The notes: generated by a model not told the origin, from the sequence alone. Shown: positions 1 through 13,284, counted from the first letter of the stretch. The stretch: 64,000 nt of DNA from Octopus bimaculoides (GCF_001194135.2 NC_068987.1:68729677-68793676); one strand, 5' to 3'. A program made the numbers and translations.

Positions 1-2
1 CA

Positions 3-68
<66 letters not shown>

Positions 69-424
69 CACCCATACATACATAAATACACAAGCACATA
101 CATGCACACGCGTATACATGGATGGGGGGAAGATGTCAGCAATATATTAGGTAAGTGGAGGTGATAACATCAAGAATACCGCTTTCCTAATGTTGTTGTA
201 TAATGCGGTAATAGAAAGACCGGTAGTTAAGGTGGTGATAGAGGTAGGGCGAGGCCGGATTGGTGTTTTTGCTTTGTTGATACTATTAAAACATAGTGGA
301 ATGGGTTTTGCTGCACATTGAACAATTTGTTGGAAAGTGTGTCTATACGTGTGCACATACGTACACATATGCACACACCTGTAAGCATATATGTAAGTAT
401 ATATGCACACACCTGTATATGTAA

Positions 425-456
<32 letters not shown>

Positions 457-467
457 GTATATATATA

Positions 468-680
468 CTCTTTTAAACATTTATTTGTTTCACTCATTAG
501 AATGCAACGATGTTGGAGCACAGCCTTGTAGAATCTTTTTTTAGTCAAATGTATTGACCCCCAGTACTGGTACTTCTTCTATCGGTTTCTTTTGCCAGAC
601 CACTATGTTACGGGGACGTAAACACACCGACACCGGTTGTCAAACGGTGGTGGGGGACAAGCACAGACAAAGATATACAC
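468..680 (-). mobile_element. SINE family S2, 3' module; runs into a (TA)/(TG) tract and the N-gap
   Basis: Contains gttacggggacgtaaacacaccgacaccggttgtcaaacggtggtgggggacaa, homologous to 19688-19880 (same orientation) and to 31778-31980 and 50541-50717 (opposite orientation). Confidence 0.8.
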
Positions 681-707
681 ACACACGTAGAAATATACAT
701 ATATATG

Positions 708-752
<45 letters not shown>

Positions 753-2406
753 NNNNNNNNNNNNNNNNNNNNNNNNNNNNNNNNNNNNNNNNNNNNNNNN
801 NNNNNNNNNNNNNNNNNNNNNNNNNNNNNNNNNNNNNNNNNNNNNNNNNNNNNNNNNNNNNNNNNNNNNNNNNNNNNNNNNNNNNNNNNNNNNNNNNNNN
901 NNNNNNNNNNNNNNNNNNNNNNNNNNNNNNNNNNNNNNNNNNNNNNNNNNNNNNNNNNNNNNNNNNNNNNNNNNNNNNNNNNNNNNNNNNNNNNNNNNNN
1001 NNNNNNNNNNNNNAAGGATCCCCCCTGCGTTATTTGTTCTGTGCAAAGCTACAAACACTCCTTTTCTACTCTTACATCAAAATGCCAGAAACTTGTTAGC
1101 AAGAAAGCTATTAGTCATAAATTATATGATATAACAAAATCGAATAGCATGGGGCATTTGGTAAGTTCCGAACCATCTTTGCTCGTGTAAATCTTTATAA
1201 TGAAAACTGTTCTTGGTACATTCAGTAATCTCGTTTTCTTTTCTCCCATCGACTAATGTGAGCGTCATTTTTCAAAACAGCCGTGAGTAATTTGCAAGTT
1301 TCTTTTTCTTCCTATTTCTAACAGATCTGGAGATATTAATGGCATTTTCTGTCCATAAGTTTGATGAGATGATGGATTCAGTTGTGGCGTGACGGTGAAC
1401 TTCTCGCTGTTGTCACCAAAAAACACACAAACATGCTTACGATGAAAGCATTCTTATATTTTCCCTATCAGCATAGAACCCAAGAGCACGTTATCCAATG
1501 TGACCCTTTTTTTATGGGGATACATTCTGATCTGAAAGAGATTTGTCTGTTATTTCTAGAAGGTCATGTGAGGGTGTAGAGGCCCTCACGTTACTTTGTA
1601 TACATAGTAATCAAATACTGTAATTAATAAAAGAATACATAACTCACACGCGTATAGACATGAGCCCGCGCAAATTGTTCAATATACACTAATACCATTA
1701 ACTGCAGATGATACACCACCGTCCTTTTCACAGCTTTCTACCAAAATCATTGAAATACCATTAAAAATAACGCTATTAAAATGACAGACACGGCAGAGTA
1801 TGTCTTGAATTTTTAAAGTTACGTTCTTTGTAGTTTCATGTTCAAATCCCACTTTCTGCATTTTATACCTGCAGGGTTGATGAAATAAATACCAGACAGC
1901 CGTGTATTAATGTCTATTGAATCCATCAGACTCATACTTTACTTATTTCATGGTGTGGTGTGGTAGTATTGCCCACATATGAAGAAATTATCAATGTTAC
2001 AGCGGCCATTGTTGTTATTACGTAGCCCCGGGTTAAGCCTAATAAAGGAGAACTGATCGTGGTAGCAATGATATAGATGATTACTGTGGAAGCAGTGACG
2101 GGTAGAAGCATACTGATGACGTCAAGGGTGACAATAGTGCAAACTTCCCTTGCTGTTGTTGTTGTTGTTGTTAGTGGTGATGGTGGTGGTTGTGGTAGGA
2201 GTGGCGGTGATGACAGTGAGGTGGTGTACGCAGTGCGTATATGCTATGCATGTAATATTTGTGGTTGTTGGGATAGTACAGGAGCAGGTAGTGGTGTGGT
2301 TGTCTATCCGTGGTTGCGGTGGTAGTAATGGTGGTGGTTGTTGTAGTGGTTGTTAGTGGCGGCGTCAGTAAATCTTAGCAAGTTGCAAGAAGCAAATGGG
2401 ACAGAG

Positions 2407-2407
<1 letters not shown>

Positions 2408-2457
<50 letters not shown>

Positions 2458-2459
2458 AA
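2408..2459. repeat. (GAAA)n microsatellite following a degenerate (GTT/GGT)n tract at about 2150-2360
   Basis: Direct reading of the sequence. Confidence 0.95.
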
Positions 2460-4577
2460 AGAGAGAGAGAGAGAGGGCGGGAAGGAGAAAGAGAAGCGTG
2501 AAGAGAAGGAGAGAAGTTGGAAAGAGAAAAATTGAAGAATCGATGGAAGTCTGGAAGAAGGCAAGAGGAAAGAAGGATTTGCGGATGAAATACAAGCAAA
2601 AGAGATTGAAGAATGATGTTGCACCCCTAGGGATAGGAAGGTAAAATAATAAAATAAATACAGAATAAATTTTTAAAATACAATGAAATATATACGTTAG
2701 GAAGATTTAACTCCACCCTAGGAAAAAACAAAAAGCGACAAATAATCATATTANNNNNNNNNNNNNNNNNNNNNNNNNNNNNNNNNNNNNNNNNNNNNNN
2801 NNNNNNNNNNNNNNNNNNNNNNNNNNNNNNNNNNNNNNNNNNNNNNNNNNNNNNNNNNNNNNNNNNNNNNNNNNNNNNNNNNNNNNNNNNNNNNNNNNNN
2901 NNNNNNNNNNNNNNNNNNNNNNNNNNNNNNNNNNNNNNNNNNNNNNNNNNNNNNNNNNNNNNNNNNNNNNNNNNNNNNNNNNNNNNNNNNNNNNNNNNNN
3001 NNNNNNNNNNNNNNNNNNNNNNNNNNNNNNNNNNNNNNNNNNNNNNNNNNNNNNNNNNNNNNNNNNNNNNNNNNNNNNNNNNNNNNNNNNNNNNNNNNNN
3101 NNNNNNNNNNNNNNNNNNNNNNNNNNNNNNNNNNNNNNNNNNNNNNNNNNNNNNNNNNNNNNNNNNNNNNNNNNNNNNNNNNNNNNNNNNNNNNNNNNNN
3201 NNNNNNNNNNNNNNNNNNNNNNNNNNNNNNNNNNNNNNNNNNNNNNNNNNNNNNNNNNNNNNNNNNNNNNNNNNNNNNNNNNNNNNNNNNNNNNNNNNNN
3301 NNNNNNNNNNNNNNNNNNNNNNNNNNNNNNNNNNNNNNNNNNNNNNNNNNNNNNNNNNNNNNNNNNNNNNNNNNNNNNNNNNNNNNNNNNNNNNNNNNNN
3401 NNNNNNNNNNNNNNNNNNNNNNNNNNNNNNNNNNNNNNNNNNNNNNNNNNNNNNNNNNNNNNNNNNNNNNNNNNNNNNNNNNNNNNNNNNNNNNNNNNNN
3501 NNNNNNNNNNNNNNNNNNNNNNNNNNNNNNNNNNNNNNNNNNNNNNNNNNNNNNNNNNNNNNNNNNNNNNNNNNNNNNNNNNNNNNNNNNNNNNNNNNNN
3601 NNNNNNNNNNNNNNNNNNNNNNNNNNNNNNNNNNNNNNNNNNNNNNNNNNNNNNNNNAAATTTAGTGCTTCCTTATAGGGGGAACTTATAGGGAATTCTC
3701 TACATAATACATGGCCATGGAGAAATGAGATTGGTTGTTGTTCATGCCTTTCTGAAAGCAGCCAACGAATTTCAATCTAATTACTCAAAGCCTGGATGAC
3801 AACAAATTTTAGTCTTCCCTGCTTTGTATAAAAACGTTTTACTGGAAGCTGCAAAGTTCCTTGTTTTTTCGGTGTAATTCTAACAACCAATTACGGAAAC
3901 CAAGTTGTGAAATTTATCACGGTGAGACTTTTTTTATAATTGCTTCGGGCCCTCAATTCTTGATGGAGTTTCGGCTATGCAGCCGTGGCACACGATGCAG
4001 TTGTGGCAGAACACGCTAGATACTACTGATTTCTTTCAGAAAGGGAAGATATGGAAGAATAGGATCGACCCCAGCACAAGACTAGTACATTATTTAACAA
4101 TCCCGAAAGGATACCTCGGTGGCATTCCAGTGCTGAGAGCAGAAACGAAAACTGTAATCTATCCAATTCTCTAATGATTCGGTCAGATCGCCGTCTGACA
4201 ATACGTAACTCGTTGCAGAGTGACGTTAGATCATGAATATAAGCTAAGTAAAGAAATATTCGTTATGCATAAAAAAAAAGCTTGAAGCGTTTTAACCAAA
4301 TCAAACCATTAATTCTACGTCTAAACGCCTGGAGATGAATTAGTAGCATTGTCATTTTTCGAACTATTCACTTCATCTTTAGTGATAAAAGATGTTTCAG
4401 TATTTGTATATGCACCGCATTTCGATCGTCATCAGTTGTCGTATCTTGTGCCTGTGATCTACTGCCCCCAGTACCAAGGATCTGAAACTTAATTACAAGG
4501 TTACATAATTTGTAGGAGAAATAAGGTTTAGTCGATTAAAGGGAATGTCAACCGCTGCCGAAGCGTGAATATAATAA

Positions 4578-4792
4578 GGGTTTCAAACTTTTGCAAAAGA
4601 CCAGCAATTTCGGAGGAAGTCAAGTCAATTACATCGACCCCACAAAGTTCAAGTGTTACTTATTTTATCGACCCCGAAAAGATGAAAGGAAAAGTAGACC
4701 CTAGCGAACTTTGAACTCAGAATATAAGGCTGAAAGAAATTCCGCTAAGCAATTTCTCCCCGGTGTGGTAACTATTCTGTCACCCCGTCTCC
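4578..4792 (-). mobile_element. tRNA-headed SINE family S1, copy 1
   Basis: Reverse complement matches the plus-strand copy at 42276-42503 (ttatcgaccccgaaaagatgaaagg...tttgaactcagaa...ccgctaagca). Flanked by the direct repeat cgtgaatataataa (4564-4577 and 4800-4813). Confidence 0.85.
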
Positions 4793-4813
4793 TTATAAAC
4801 GTGAATATAATAA

Positions 4814-5027
4814 TAATCCTTTCTACTACAGGCGCAAGGCCAGAAATTTCGGGAGATGGGCTAAGTCGATTTCATCGACCGCAGTGCTCAACTAGTACTT
4901 ATTTTATCAACCCGAAAGGGTGAAAGGCAAAGTCGAACCCGGCGGCATTTGAACTCAGTACGTAATGTAAGGCGAAATACCGCTAAGCATTGTGCCCGGC
5001 ATGCTAACAATTCTGCGAGACTCCACC
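4814..5027 (-). mobile_element. tRNA-headed SINE family S1, copy 2 (different 3' tail from copy 1)
   Basis: Contains ttatcaacccgaaagggtgaaaggcaaagtcga...tttgaactcag...aaataccgctaagcatt. Flanked by ataaacg(t/c)gaatataataataat on both sides. Confidence 0.88.
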
Positions 5028-5039
5028 TTATAAACGCGA

Positions 5040-5071
<32 letters not shown>

Positions 5072-5436
5072 GATTGAAAACAAAACACGTATATATGCAT
5101 TCTGGTGAGTAATTTATTGATATTACTTTTATATGCACATGAAACACACATATTTAAAAAGTAAGCCAATGTAAAGAGTTTCATCATAAAACAACTTGCT
5201 AAAAAGCCAACCAATCCTAAATAAACTCACACAAAAGACATTCCTATTGAACTTTGCACTTTCGCTTCACGTAATGTTGACTTCACCGTTTGAAGCCTGG
5301 TCAACCTAACAGCGGGTGATATACTCGTTAACGCACACTCACAGACACGTACGCACACGCACGCGCACACACGCATGTACATCTACACACACATATATAT
5401 GCACATGTGTGCCTGTAAATATATATATGTATATAT

Positions 5437-5480
5437 TAGATAGATAGATAGATAGATAGATGGATGGATGGATAGATGGC

Positions 5481-5542
<62 letters not shown>
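5437..5542. repeat. (GATA)n/(GATG)n tetranucleotide array
   Basis: Direct reading. Confidence 0.95.
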
Positions 5543-5543
<1 letters not shown>

Positions 5544-5674
5544 ATGTAATCTCGAGAAACCTCAACTTGAGGGTCAGCTGTGAATATTATGTGCATCTGT
5601 GTATTTGTGTTTGTGCCCATGCACACAGTGAGTTTGTGCGTGTGTGTGTTTGTGTGTGTATGTGTGTATACATG

Positions 5675-5705
<31 letters not shown>

Positions 5706-6152
5706 TCTTGTATATATGCATATATGCATACATATGTATCCACTCCCACGAATACTCACGCGCAGCCTCTCATTCAGAATAGCCGTCCAGAGATATCATA
5801 TGTAAAAACGAAGGGGACATTTTAGATCCCTTTATTTTTTAACCTTTCCTTTGTGATGTGAACTGCTGGGACCAGTCGATAGTTTGTTAACCTGATTAAT
5901 AATCAATAAATAAATGAATTGCTTGCATGATTATGTGTGATATAAATGACTGCGTTGGTGTGTAGGTGCATATTTTCGTGTAAGTGCATGCGTGTGCATG
6001 TACGCGTGATTGTGTTCGGGTGTATCCGAGTGTGTTTGTGAATAATAGATATGCATTAAATGTGTATACGTACACGTCATTTGTGCCTCATCAAAAATGT
6101 ATGCGCACTCATGCTGCCTAATATCGTGTCGTGACTGGAGAGAAAAAGGGAA

Positions 6153-6184
<32 letters not shown>

Positions 6185-6769
6185 GGAGAAGGAGAGAGAG
6201 GGGGAGAGGGTTTGTGTGTGTGTGTAGATGTAGAAAGGAACATGGAAACAGTTAGAGGGACAAAGGAGAAAGTAAATGGCAACAAAAGAGAAAGTGAAAC
6301 AATAGAAAAGATGGATAAATAAATATAAGAAAGAAAAAAACAAATGAAGGAACAAAGGAATGAAGAAAAAAGAAAGGAAAATTGGATGAATGAAATAGAG
6401 GAGGAAAGAACGAACGGTGTATATGACTTCTAAATTGTAACTGTTGAAATGCACAGCGCTCCTCGACAGTATGTCAGCGTGTGCAAACGTATTTACATAT
6501 TAGGCGCTCTATCACAGTGTGATAGGTTGAAATGTTTGTCTATATTCTTCTATAAGTATATGTCTCTTTAATTTTGGTTGACCTGTCTTTGGCTAATATG
6601 CTACTTTATGTTTGAAGAAGTAAATTTGTAGGCTGGGAAATGTATTAACCTCTCGGTGGAATAGTTTTCTGTTCTTATACTGTCACAAACACAGCGCTGC
6701 ATTCACGGAGATGCACTGAGATTCTCAATTCATACCACTTATATAGACAGGAGAGCAACAGACTCAAAT

Positions 6770-7085
6770 AATATACACTATTATCCTGCCATCATTAGCA
6801 TTGCCACGTCCATCAGCATCAACACCACCTTCATAATTATCACCAATAGCATCACCACTATTATCATTATCACAGCACCCAACAATACCGTTTGTAACCA
6901 TCATCATCGTCATCATCATCATCGTCATTGTTACCATTATCACGACAGCTATCATCACTGCCATAGCAACCATCATCACCACAAGAACCACTATCAGCTC
7001 TTTCATTGTCATCTACATCACCATGGCCATCACCAACACCAACATTTATAGCGACGCCTCAACGATCATTATCGCCCTCAACACC
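6770..7085. repeat. Degenerate (CAT/CAC)n trinucleotide low-complexity tract
   Basis: Direct reading; explains ORF 6764-7012. Confidence 0.85.
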
Positions 7086-8272
7086 AAAATTACAAGAACA
7101 AAGAAGCTAGAGACTAATAGATGTTGGTTAGTCTCAGCCTGTATGTTATACATATTGCTGTTATGTTCGGTAGCTCTGAGGGTTCAGCATTAATTCTCTC
7201 GTGCAACCACCAAAAATTAATTCAGTTCTTTACACCTGAGCCAGAATGGCTATATCTTTTCGAAGGACAATAATGGTGCATATAAAGTGAAACGATTTCA
7301 ACCAAGAATCGAAGCCGAAAAGGGGGCTTCAGTTTTCACCTTTGTATGAGAAGCAGTGCTGTATACTGTCTTAAAAGAAACGAATATAATAGATGCAAAA
7401 TACTATGACTTGCTCCGTAGAACTCAAACCAAAAGATGAATTCGATTCGAGGATAAACATAATACCGTTTCTCTNNNNNNNNNNNNNNNNNNNNNNNNNN
7501 NNNNNNNNNNNNNNNNNNNNNNNNNNNNNNNNNNNNNNNNNNNNNNNNNNNNNNNNNNNNNNNNNNNNNNNNNNNNNNNNNNNNNNNNNNNNNNNNNNNN
7601 NNNNNNNNNNNNNNNNNNNNNNNNNNNNNNNNNNNNNNNNNNNNNNNNNNNNNNNNNNNNNNNNNNNNNNNNNNNNNNNNNNNNNNNNNNNNNNNNNNNN
7701 NNNNNNNNNNNNNNNNNNNNNNNNNNNNNNNNNNNNNNNNNNNNNNNNNNNNNNNNNNNNNNNNNNNNNNNNNNNNNNNNNNNNNNNNNNNNNNNNNNNN
7801 NNNNNNNNNNNNNNNNNNNNNNNNNNNNNNNNNNNNNNNNNNNNNNNNNNNNNNNNNNNNNNNNNNNNNNNNNNNNNNNNNNNNNNNNNNNNNNNNNNNN
7901 NNNNNNNNNNNNNNNNNNNNNNNNNNNNNNNNNNNNNNNNNNNNNNNNNNNNNNNNNNNNNNNNNNNNNNNNNNNNNNNNNNNNNNNNNNNNNNNNNNNN
8001 NNNNNNNNNNNNNNNNNNNNNNNNNNNNNNNNNNNNNNNNNNNNNNNNNNNNNNNNNNNNNNNNNNNNNNNNNNNNNNNNNNNNNNNNNNNNNNNNNNNN
8101 NNNNNNNNNNNNNNNNNNNNNNNNNNNNNNNNNNNNNNNNNNNNNNNNNNNNNNNNNNNNNNNNNNNNNNNNNNNNNNNNNNNNNNNNNNNNNNNNNNNN
8201 NNNNNNNNNNNNNNNNNNNNNNNNNNNNNNNNNNNNNNNNNNNNNNNNNNNNNNNNNNNTATATAAATATAT

Positions 8273-8327
<55 letters not shown>

Positions 8328-8921
8328 TACAAACATGTATGCATTCATACATACATACACACATACATACATACATACGTGCATACATACATACGTGCAT
8401 ACATACATACAGTTGTGTGTGAGTGTGTGTTTGTATGGACATCACGTAAGTGTTATATAACATAAGAGTTTCTCCCCCTTTAATTACACATCCATAATAT
8501 TTGTCATATTTTGACATTATACCGTGTGAAGGCACCCTAAAGAAAAGAAGTGATACTTTTAGAAACCTCGCGGGATCTATAAGACCGTTATTTAACCACA
8601 TTTTCGAAGCGTTAAGTGGATAAGAGCCAAATTTTTGACCAGTTCTACTAATGTATTGCAGATAGAAATTTGTCATTGCTATTCACGGCAGTGATGAGAT
8701 AACAGACACGTGTAAAGTGTTCTGGTCAAAGACAACATAATGCCTGCCATTATGTGAACTTAAATGGGCTGTGAATGTTTTTTTCTTCCGGTTGATTTTT
8801 TTTTATAGTTTAATCACAGATAGAGAAAGGCTACACCCATGAGCCTTTTCGCATGGCCTTCTTGATTGGTAGGTGAAGCAACGAAGACTTGTGGTTTAAC
8901 TACAGGCTACGTACAGTACAG

Positions 8922-9305
8922 GAGGCGCAATGGCTCAGTGGTTAGGGCAGCGAACTCGCGATCATAGGATCGCGGTTTCGATTCCCAGACCGGGCGTTCT
9001 GAGTGTTTATTGAGCGAAAACACCTAAAGCACCACGTGACTCCGGCAGGGGATGGTGGCGAACCCTGCTGTACTCTTTCACCACAACTTTCTCTCACTCT
9101 TACTTCCTGTTTCTGTTGTGCCTGTAATTCAAAGAGCCAGCCTTGTCACACTCTGTGTCACACTGAATCTCTCCGAGAACTAAGTTAAGGGTACACGTGT
9201 CTGTGGAGTGCTCAGCCACTTGCACGTTAATTTCACGAACAGACTGTTCCGTTGATTGGATCAACTGGAACCCTCGAAGTCGTAAGCGACGGAGTGCCAA
9301 CACAC
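8922..9305 (+). mobile_element. Full-length tRNA-derived SINE S3a (head H1, central domain C1, tail T1) with a 13-bp target-site duplication
   Basis: A-box-like tggctcagtggttag and B-box-like ggtttcgattccc. TSD acgtacagtacag at 8909-8921 and 9306-9318. Head and centre are shared with 63631-63943; tail is shared with 49025-49322. Confidence 0.92.
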
Positions 9306-10918
9306 ACGTACAGTACAGATCATAAGAATGTTTACAAAATTAAGGACACTGTGAAAGGCATTCGATGATCAGATGGAGGTGTTTAACAAAGGGATGTATC
9401 TTATCCGTTAAGTCAATTGATCTTTGATGATGGTNNNNNNNNNNNNNNNNNNNNNNNNNNNNNNNNNNNNNNNNNNNNNNNNNNNNNNNNNNNNNNNNNN
9501 NNNNNNNNNNNNNNNNNNNNNNNNNNNNNNNNNNNNNNNNNNNNNNNNNNNNNNNNNNNNNNNNNNNNNNNNNNNNNNNNNNNNNNNNNNNNNNNNNNNN
9601 NNNNNNNNNNNNNNNNNNNNNNNNNNNNNNNNNNNNNNNNNNNNNNNNNNNNNNNNNNNNNNNNNNNNNNNNNNNNNNNNNNNNNNNNNNNNNNNNNNNN
9701 NNNNNNNNNNNNNNNNNNNNNNNNNNNNNNNNNNNNNNNNNNNNNNNNNNNNNNNNNNNNNNNNNNNNNNNNNNNNNNNNNNNNNNNNNNNNNNNNNNNN
9801 NNNNNNNNNNNNNNNNNNNNNNNNNNNNNNNNNNNNNNNNNNNNNNNNNNNNNNNNNNNNNNNNNNNNNNNNNNNNNNNNNNNNNNNNNNNNNNNNNNNN
9901 NNNNNNNNNNNNNNNNNNNNNNNNNNNNNNNNNNNNNNNNNNNNNNNNNNNNNNNNNNNNNNNNNNNNNNNNNNNNNNNNNNNNNNNNNNNNNNNNNNNN
10001 NNNNNNNNNNNNNNNNNNNNNNNNNNNNNNNNNNNNNNAGTGAGACTGAACACCCGGAGCCAAATAATGAAAATGAAAAAATAAAATCTTCTGTAAAATG
10101 TTTTGAACTCGCAAACTACGAGTCGTCAAAGTAAACGAACGGCCCAGCTTCCTATCAAAAAAGCGGTGATTTAGTTATAGTGAAAAATGGCCTTTCGCTT
10201 CTGCAAGCAGTGTGTATAGGGTGGCGAGAAAGAGCGAGGGGAAAGAGAAAGTGATAGAGCATATTCCAGCTGTTGTAAACTTGTTTGCAAAAACGACAAA
10301 CGTAAAACAATAAAATAGATGCACGTATGTAGGTCTTGCAAAAATATATATGCTAACAGTTGTACATTCTTGCATGTTGCACACGATCTATACGTAAAAA
10401 GAAGGCAAAGGTATTTATTGTTTGCATAAAGTGAGTCTCTACCAAACTGACCTAAAATATTATAAACGGCATTCCCATTGTGATCATCCTTGTTTCGCTT
10501 AGTCTTTTTCTTTTTTCTTTTCTAGCACTATATACATATCCTGGTGTGCATTACCTAATGTAGCTTTCTAATTGTTTAGCTGCTCTTTTCAGCAGGTTAA
10601 GCGAATGTGCAGAAGCTTCCCAGTTAGCTTATCATAACAGAAGGTATATAAACGTGGGCAGTGCAGAAATTGTTTGCTAGTCGTCTCGGTATGTTTACGT
10701 CCAAGTAGGAAGCAGTTTGTCTGTCAATGCAGTCGGCTGTATTCAAGTGTTTCTCTGTAGATTTGTCAAAGAGATGAATGTGTTTGGTAATTGTGATATG
10801 CGTATGATTAGAGTGGTAGTGCATGAAGGTGTATGTGTGCATGCGCGCGTGTGTAAAAACGAAAAACCACTTCAAAATGAGTATGAGACTCTCTCTCTCC
10901 CCTCTCTGTCTCTGTGAC

Positions 10919-10977
<59 letters not shown>

Positions 10978-11325
10978 ACATGTATGTGTGTGTATATATA
11001 TAGCTGTGTATTAAATCTTAACGCCAACATATGTTCTCTTCATTCTGTCATCATGGCAAGGTTACTATAGTAACCGACATTGCTACATTTCCCCCCCCCC
11101 GCCTCATGTTATTCCGCTTTTCTGTCCGTTTGTCTCCGTTACATTCGCCAACACTCACCCGTCACAACCTCCCCATACTTCTGTTTGCTTGGCGCCTGTC
11201 TGTTTGAATGCTTGTCAACCCCCACCTTCTCTCTCTCTCTCTCTCCTTATCAATCTCTCTTAATCACTCTCTCCCTCTCCCTCCCTCNNNNNNNNNNCAA
11301 TCTCTCTTAATCACTCTCTCCCTCT

Positions 11326-11368
<43 letters not shown>

Positions 11369-11626
11369 TCCTATGTATCGATTGCCATGAACAGCTTACA
11401 ACATTATCACTTTTACCTCAGATTGCCATACAGCCACACAAACTGAAGACCGAGACCAGTTAATTTATCTCATTTGGTTCTTTCTGTTCTTTCAGCTGTT
11501 TATATATCTTAATCATAAACAACATTTTCAATATTTTGAAAGCATATAAGTATGTACGCATTCATATACATACATACATACTACATACGTATATATGTAC
11601 GTATATGTATACACACACACGCACAC

Positions 11627-11673
<47 letters not shown>

Positions 11674-11744
11674 ATACAAAGAATATGTATACATGTATAC
11701 ACACATATATGTACATACTTACATCTACATGTGTATATATATGC

Positions 11745-11880
11745 ATATCAGGGTACAGGACGTTAGAACAATGAACTACAGACAACGGAACGAACACATA
11801 GGAAAACGGAAAGCCACTTGGAATATTCCTTCATCAGCTGCCTCTATTCTAACCTGACGTTTCGAAGAGAATGCATATAA
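11745..11880. repeat. Unclassified interspersed repeat fragment, possibly derived from a Penelope-type terminal repeat
   Basis: CpG-containing island (gggtacaggacgtt...ttccttcatcagctgcc...ctgacgtttcgaag) set in TA microsatellite. The family assignment is inference only. Confidence 0.3.
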
Positions 11881-11943
11881 ATACATAGAGATACAGATAT
11901 GCATATACATACATGCAGACACTTACCCAAGGTGCCACGCACA

Positions 11944-12043
11944 GGCAGCCTTAGCAAGTGCCTTCTACTTTGGCCTTGAGTCAACCAAAGCCTTGTAAGT
12001 AGATTTGGTAGACGGAAACTGAAAGAAGCTCGTCCTATATTCA

Positions 12044-12076
<33 letters not shown>

Positions 12077-12379
12077 NNNNNNNNNNNNNNNNNNNNNNNN
12101 NNNNNNNNNNNNNNNNNNNNNNNNNNNNNNNNNNNNNNNNNNNNNNNNNNNNNNNNNNNNNNNNNNNNNNNNNNNNNNNNNNNNNNNNNNNNNNNNNNNN
12201 NNNNNNNNNNNNNNNNNNNNNNNNNNNNNNNNNNNNNNNNNNNNNNNNNNNNNNNNNNNNNNNNNNNNNNNNNNNNNNNNNNNNNNNNNNNNNNNNNNNN
12301 NNNNNNNNNNNNNNNNNNNNNNNNNNNNNNNNGACAGACATACAGACAGACAGACATACAGGCAGGCAGACAGACAGAC

Positions 12380-12426
<47 letters not shown>

Positions 12427-12495
12427 AGTATGTGTTTGTGTGTGTGTGTGTGTGTGTGTTTGTCTGTGTTCCCCCGCCCCATCACAACTTGACAA
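11944..12495 (+). mobile_element. SINE family S2 (5'-truncated core, internal microsatellite with N-gap, start of 3' module)
   Basis: Core accaaagccttgtaagtagatttggtagacggaaactgaaagaagc at about 11983-12029. The 3' module start tgtttgtctgtgttcccccgccccatcacaacttgacaa lies at about 12457-12496. Confidence 0.75.
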
Positions 12496-12532
12496 TATAT
12501 TTATATATATACATTATATGCATACATATATA

Positions 12533-12700
12533 TAGTTGAAATTTATAGAAAAACAAAATACGAAGACAGGTGTATGAAAAAACATGTGTATTAGTTTGAC
12601 GCTCGGGAAAATGAAAGCATGTTTTACATTTCGAGCCTACGCTCTTTATCACAAAGCAATAAGAGAAAATAAACAGAGAGAGAATGAAAAAGACATTTAG
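12533..12700 (-). repeat. About 150-bp interspersed repeat carrying a decayed hammerhead-like motif (Penelope-type terminal-repeat-like)
   Basis: Homologous in inverted orientation to 13650-13812 (shared gagcgtcaa(a/c)ctaatac at 12588-12604 and 13743-13759). The minus strand reads cttt GUGAUAA A GAGC guag GCUC GAAAU GUA aaac. Confidence 0.6.
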
Positions 12701-12862
12701 ATTTAGCGGTCAAGTATGGTGAATGATTAGAAAAAAATGTTTGTGTATGTGAAAATGGTGTGTGTGAATGAGTGTGTGTTTATGAATAGGGGCTAATGAC
12801 ACTGACGTGTGGGAGTGTGTGCGTGCGTGTGTAAGTGTGTGCGTCTGTAACGTGTGGCTGCT

Positions 12863-12894
<32 letters not shown>

Positions 12895-13151
12895 GCTCAT
12901 AGATGGGAATCAGATACTCTCCGTATAGAATACAGTTAGTAGTGCTCAAGCGGTTTAAATTTGAGCGGGTAGAAGAGTAAATGTATATATAGATATGTGT
13001 AAGTCAGACCTTTTTGTATGTAAACATATAAATACATTTTTTGTATTTAATGTATTTAATATTCTTTATATATCTAACTTGCTTGTCTTTACATTGGCTC
13101 CNNNNNNNNNNNNNNNNNNNNNNNNNNNNNNNNNNNNNNNNNNNNNNNNNN

Positions 13152-13284
13152 ATTCGGAAGACTTTCGTCGACCCTAGGCTACAGAAAAAACAAAAAAAAA
13201 CACATGCCCAAGGTGCCACGCAGAGGGACTGAATAAGGAACCATGTTGTCGGGAAGCAAGATTCTAAACACGCAGCCACACCTG
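13152..13284 (-). mobile_element. SINE family S2, 5' module (tRNA head and CORE-like block)
   Basis: gcccaaggtgccacgcagagggactgaa...ggaaccatg...gcagccac matches 45046-45193 and 48852-48985. Confidence 0.8.

Noticed and set aside
1161-1324. GTAAGT donor and a strong polypyrimidine AG acceptor defining a 164-nt intron
   Set aside because: Every spliced frame hits a stop within a few codons on one side or the other. It could be UTR or lncRNA, but nothing supports that.
4401-4445. Minus-strand CUGAUGA-cgauc-GAAA-UGC ggu GCA-UA hammerhead-like string
   Set aside because: There is no stem II, and stem I has only 1 bp.
8922-8995. tRNA-like sequence here and at 63870-63943, 49025-49090 and 38124-38190
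   Set aside because: A and B boxes are present, but the sequences continue into SINE bodies (two with TSDs) and lack a proper acceptor stem.
11258-11327. 30-bp direct repeat flanking a 10-N gap
   Set aside because: Identical sequence either side of a minimal gap is the signature of overlapping contig ends, an assembly artefact.
11800-11870. Minus-strand GAAACGUC upstream of CUGAUGA-A-GGAAUAUUCC
   Set aside because: The motifs are in permuted order, stem I does not pair, and the hairpin after CUGAUGA is followed by AAG rather than GAAA.
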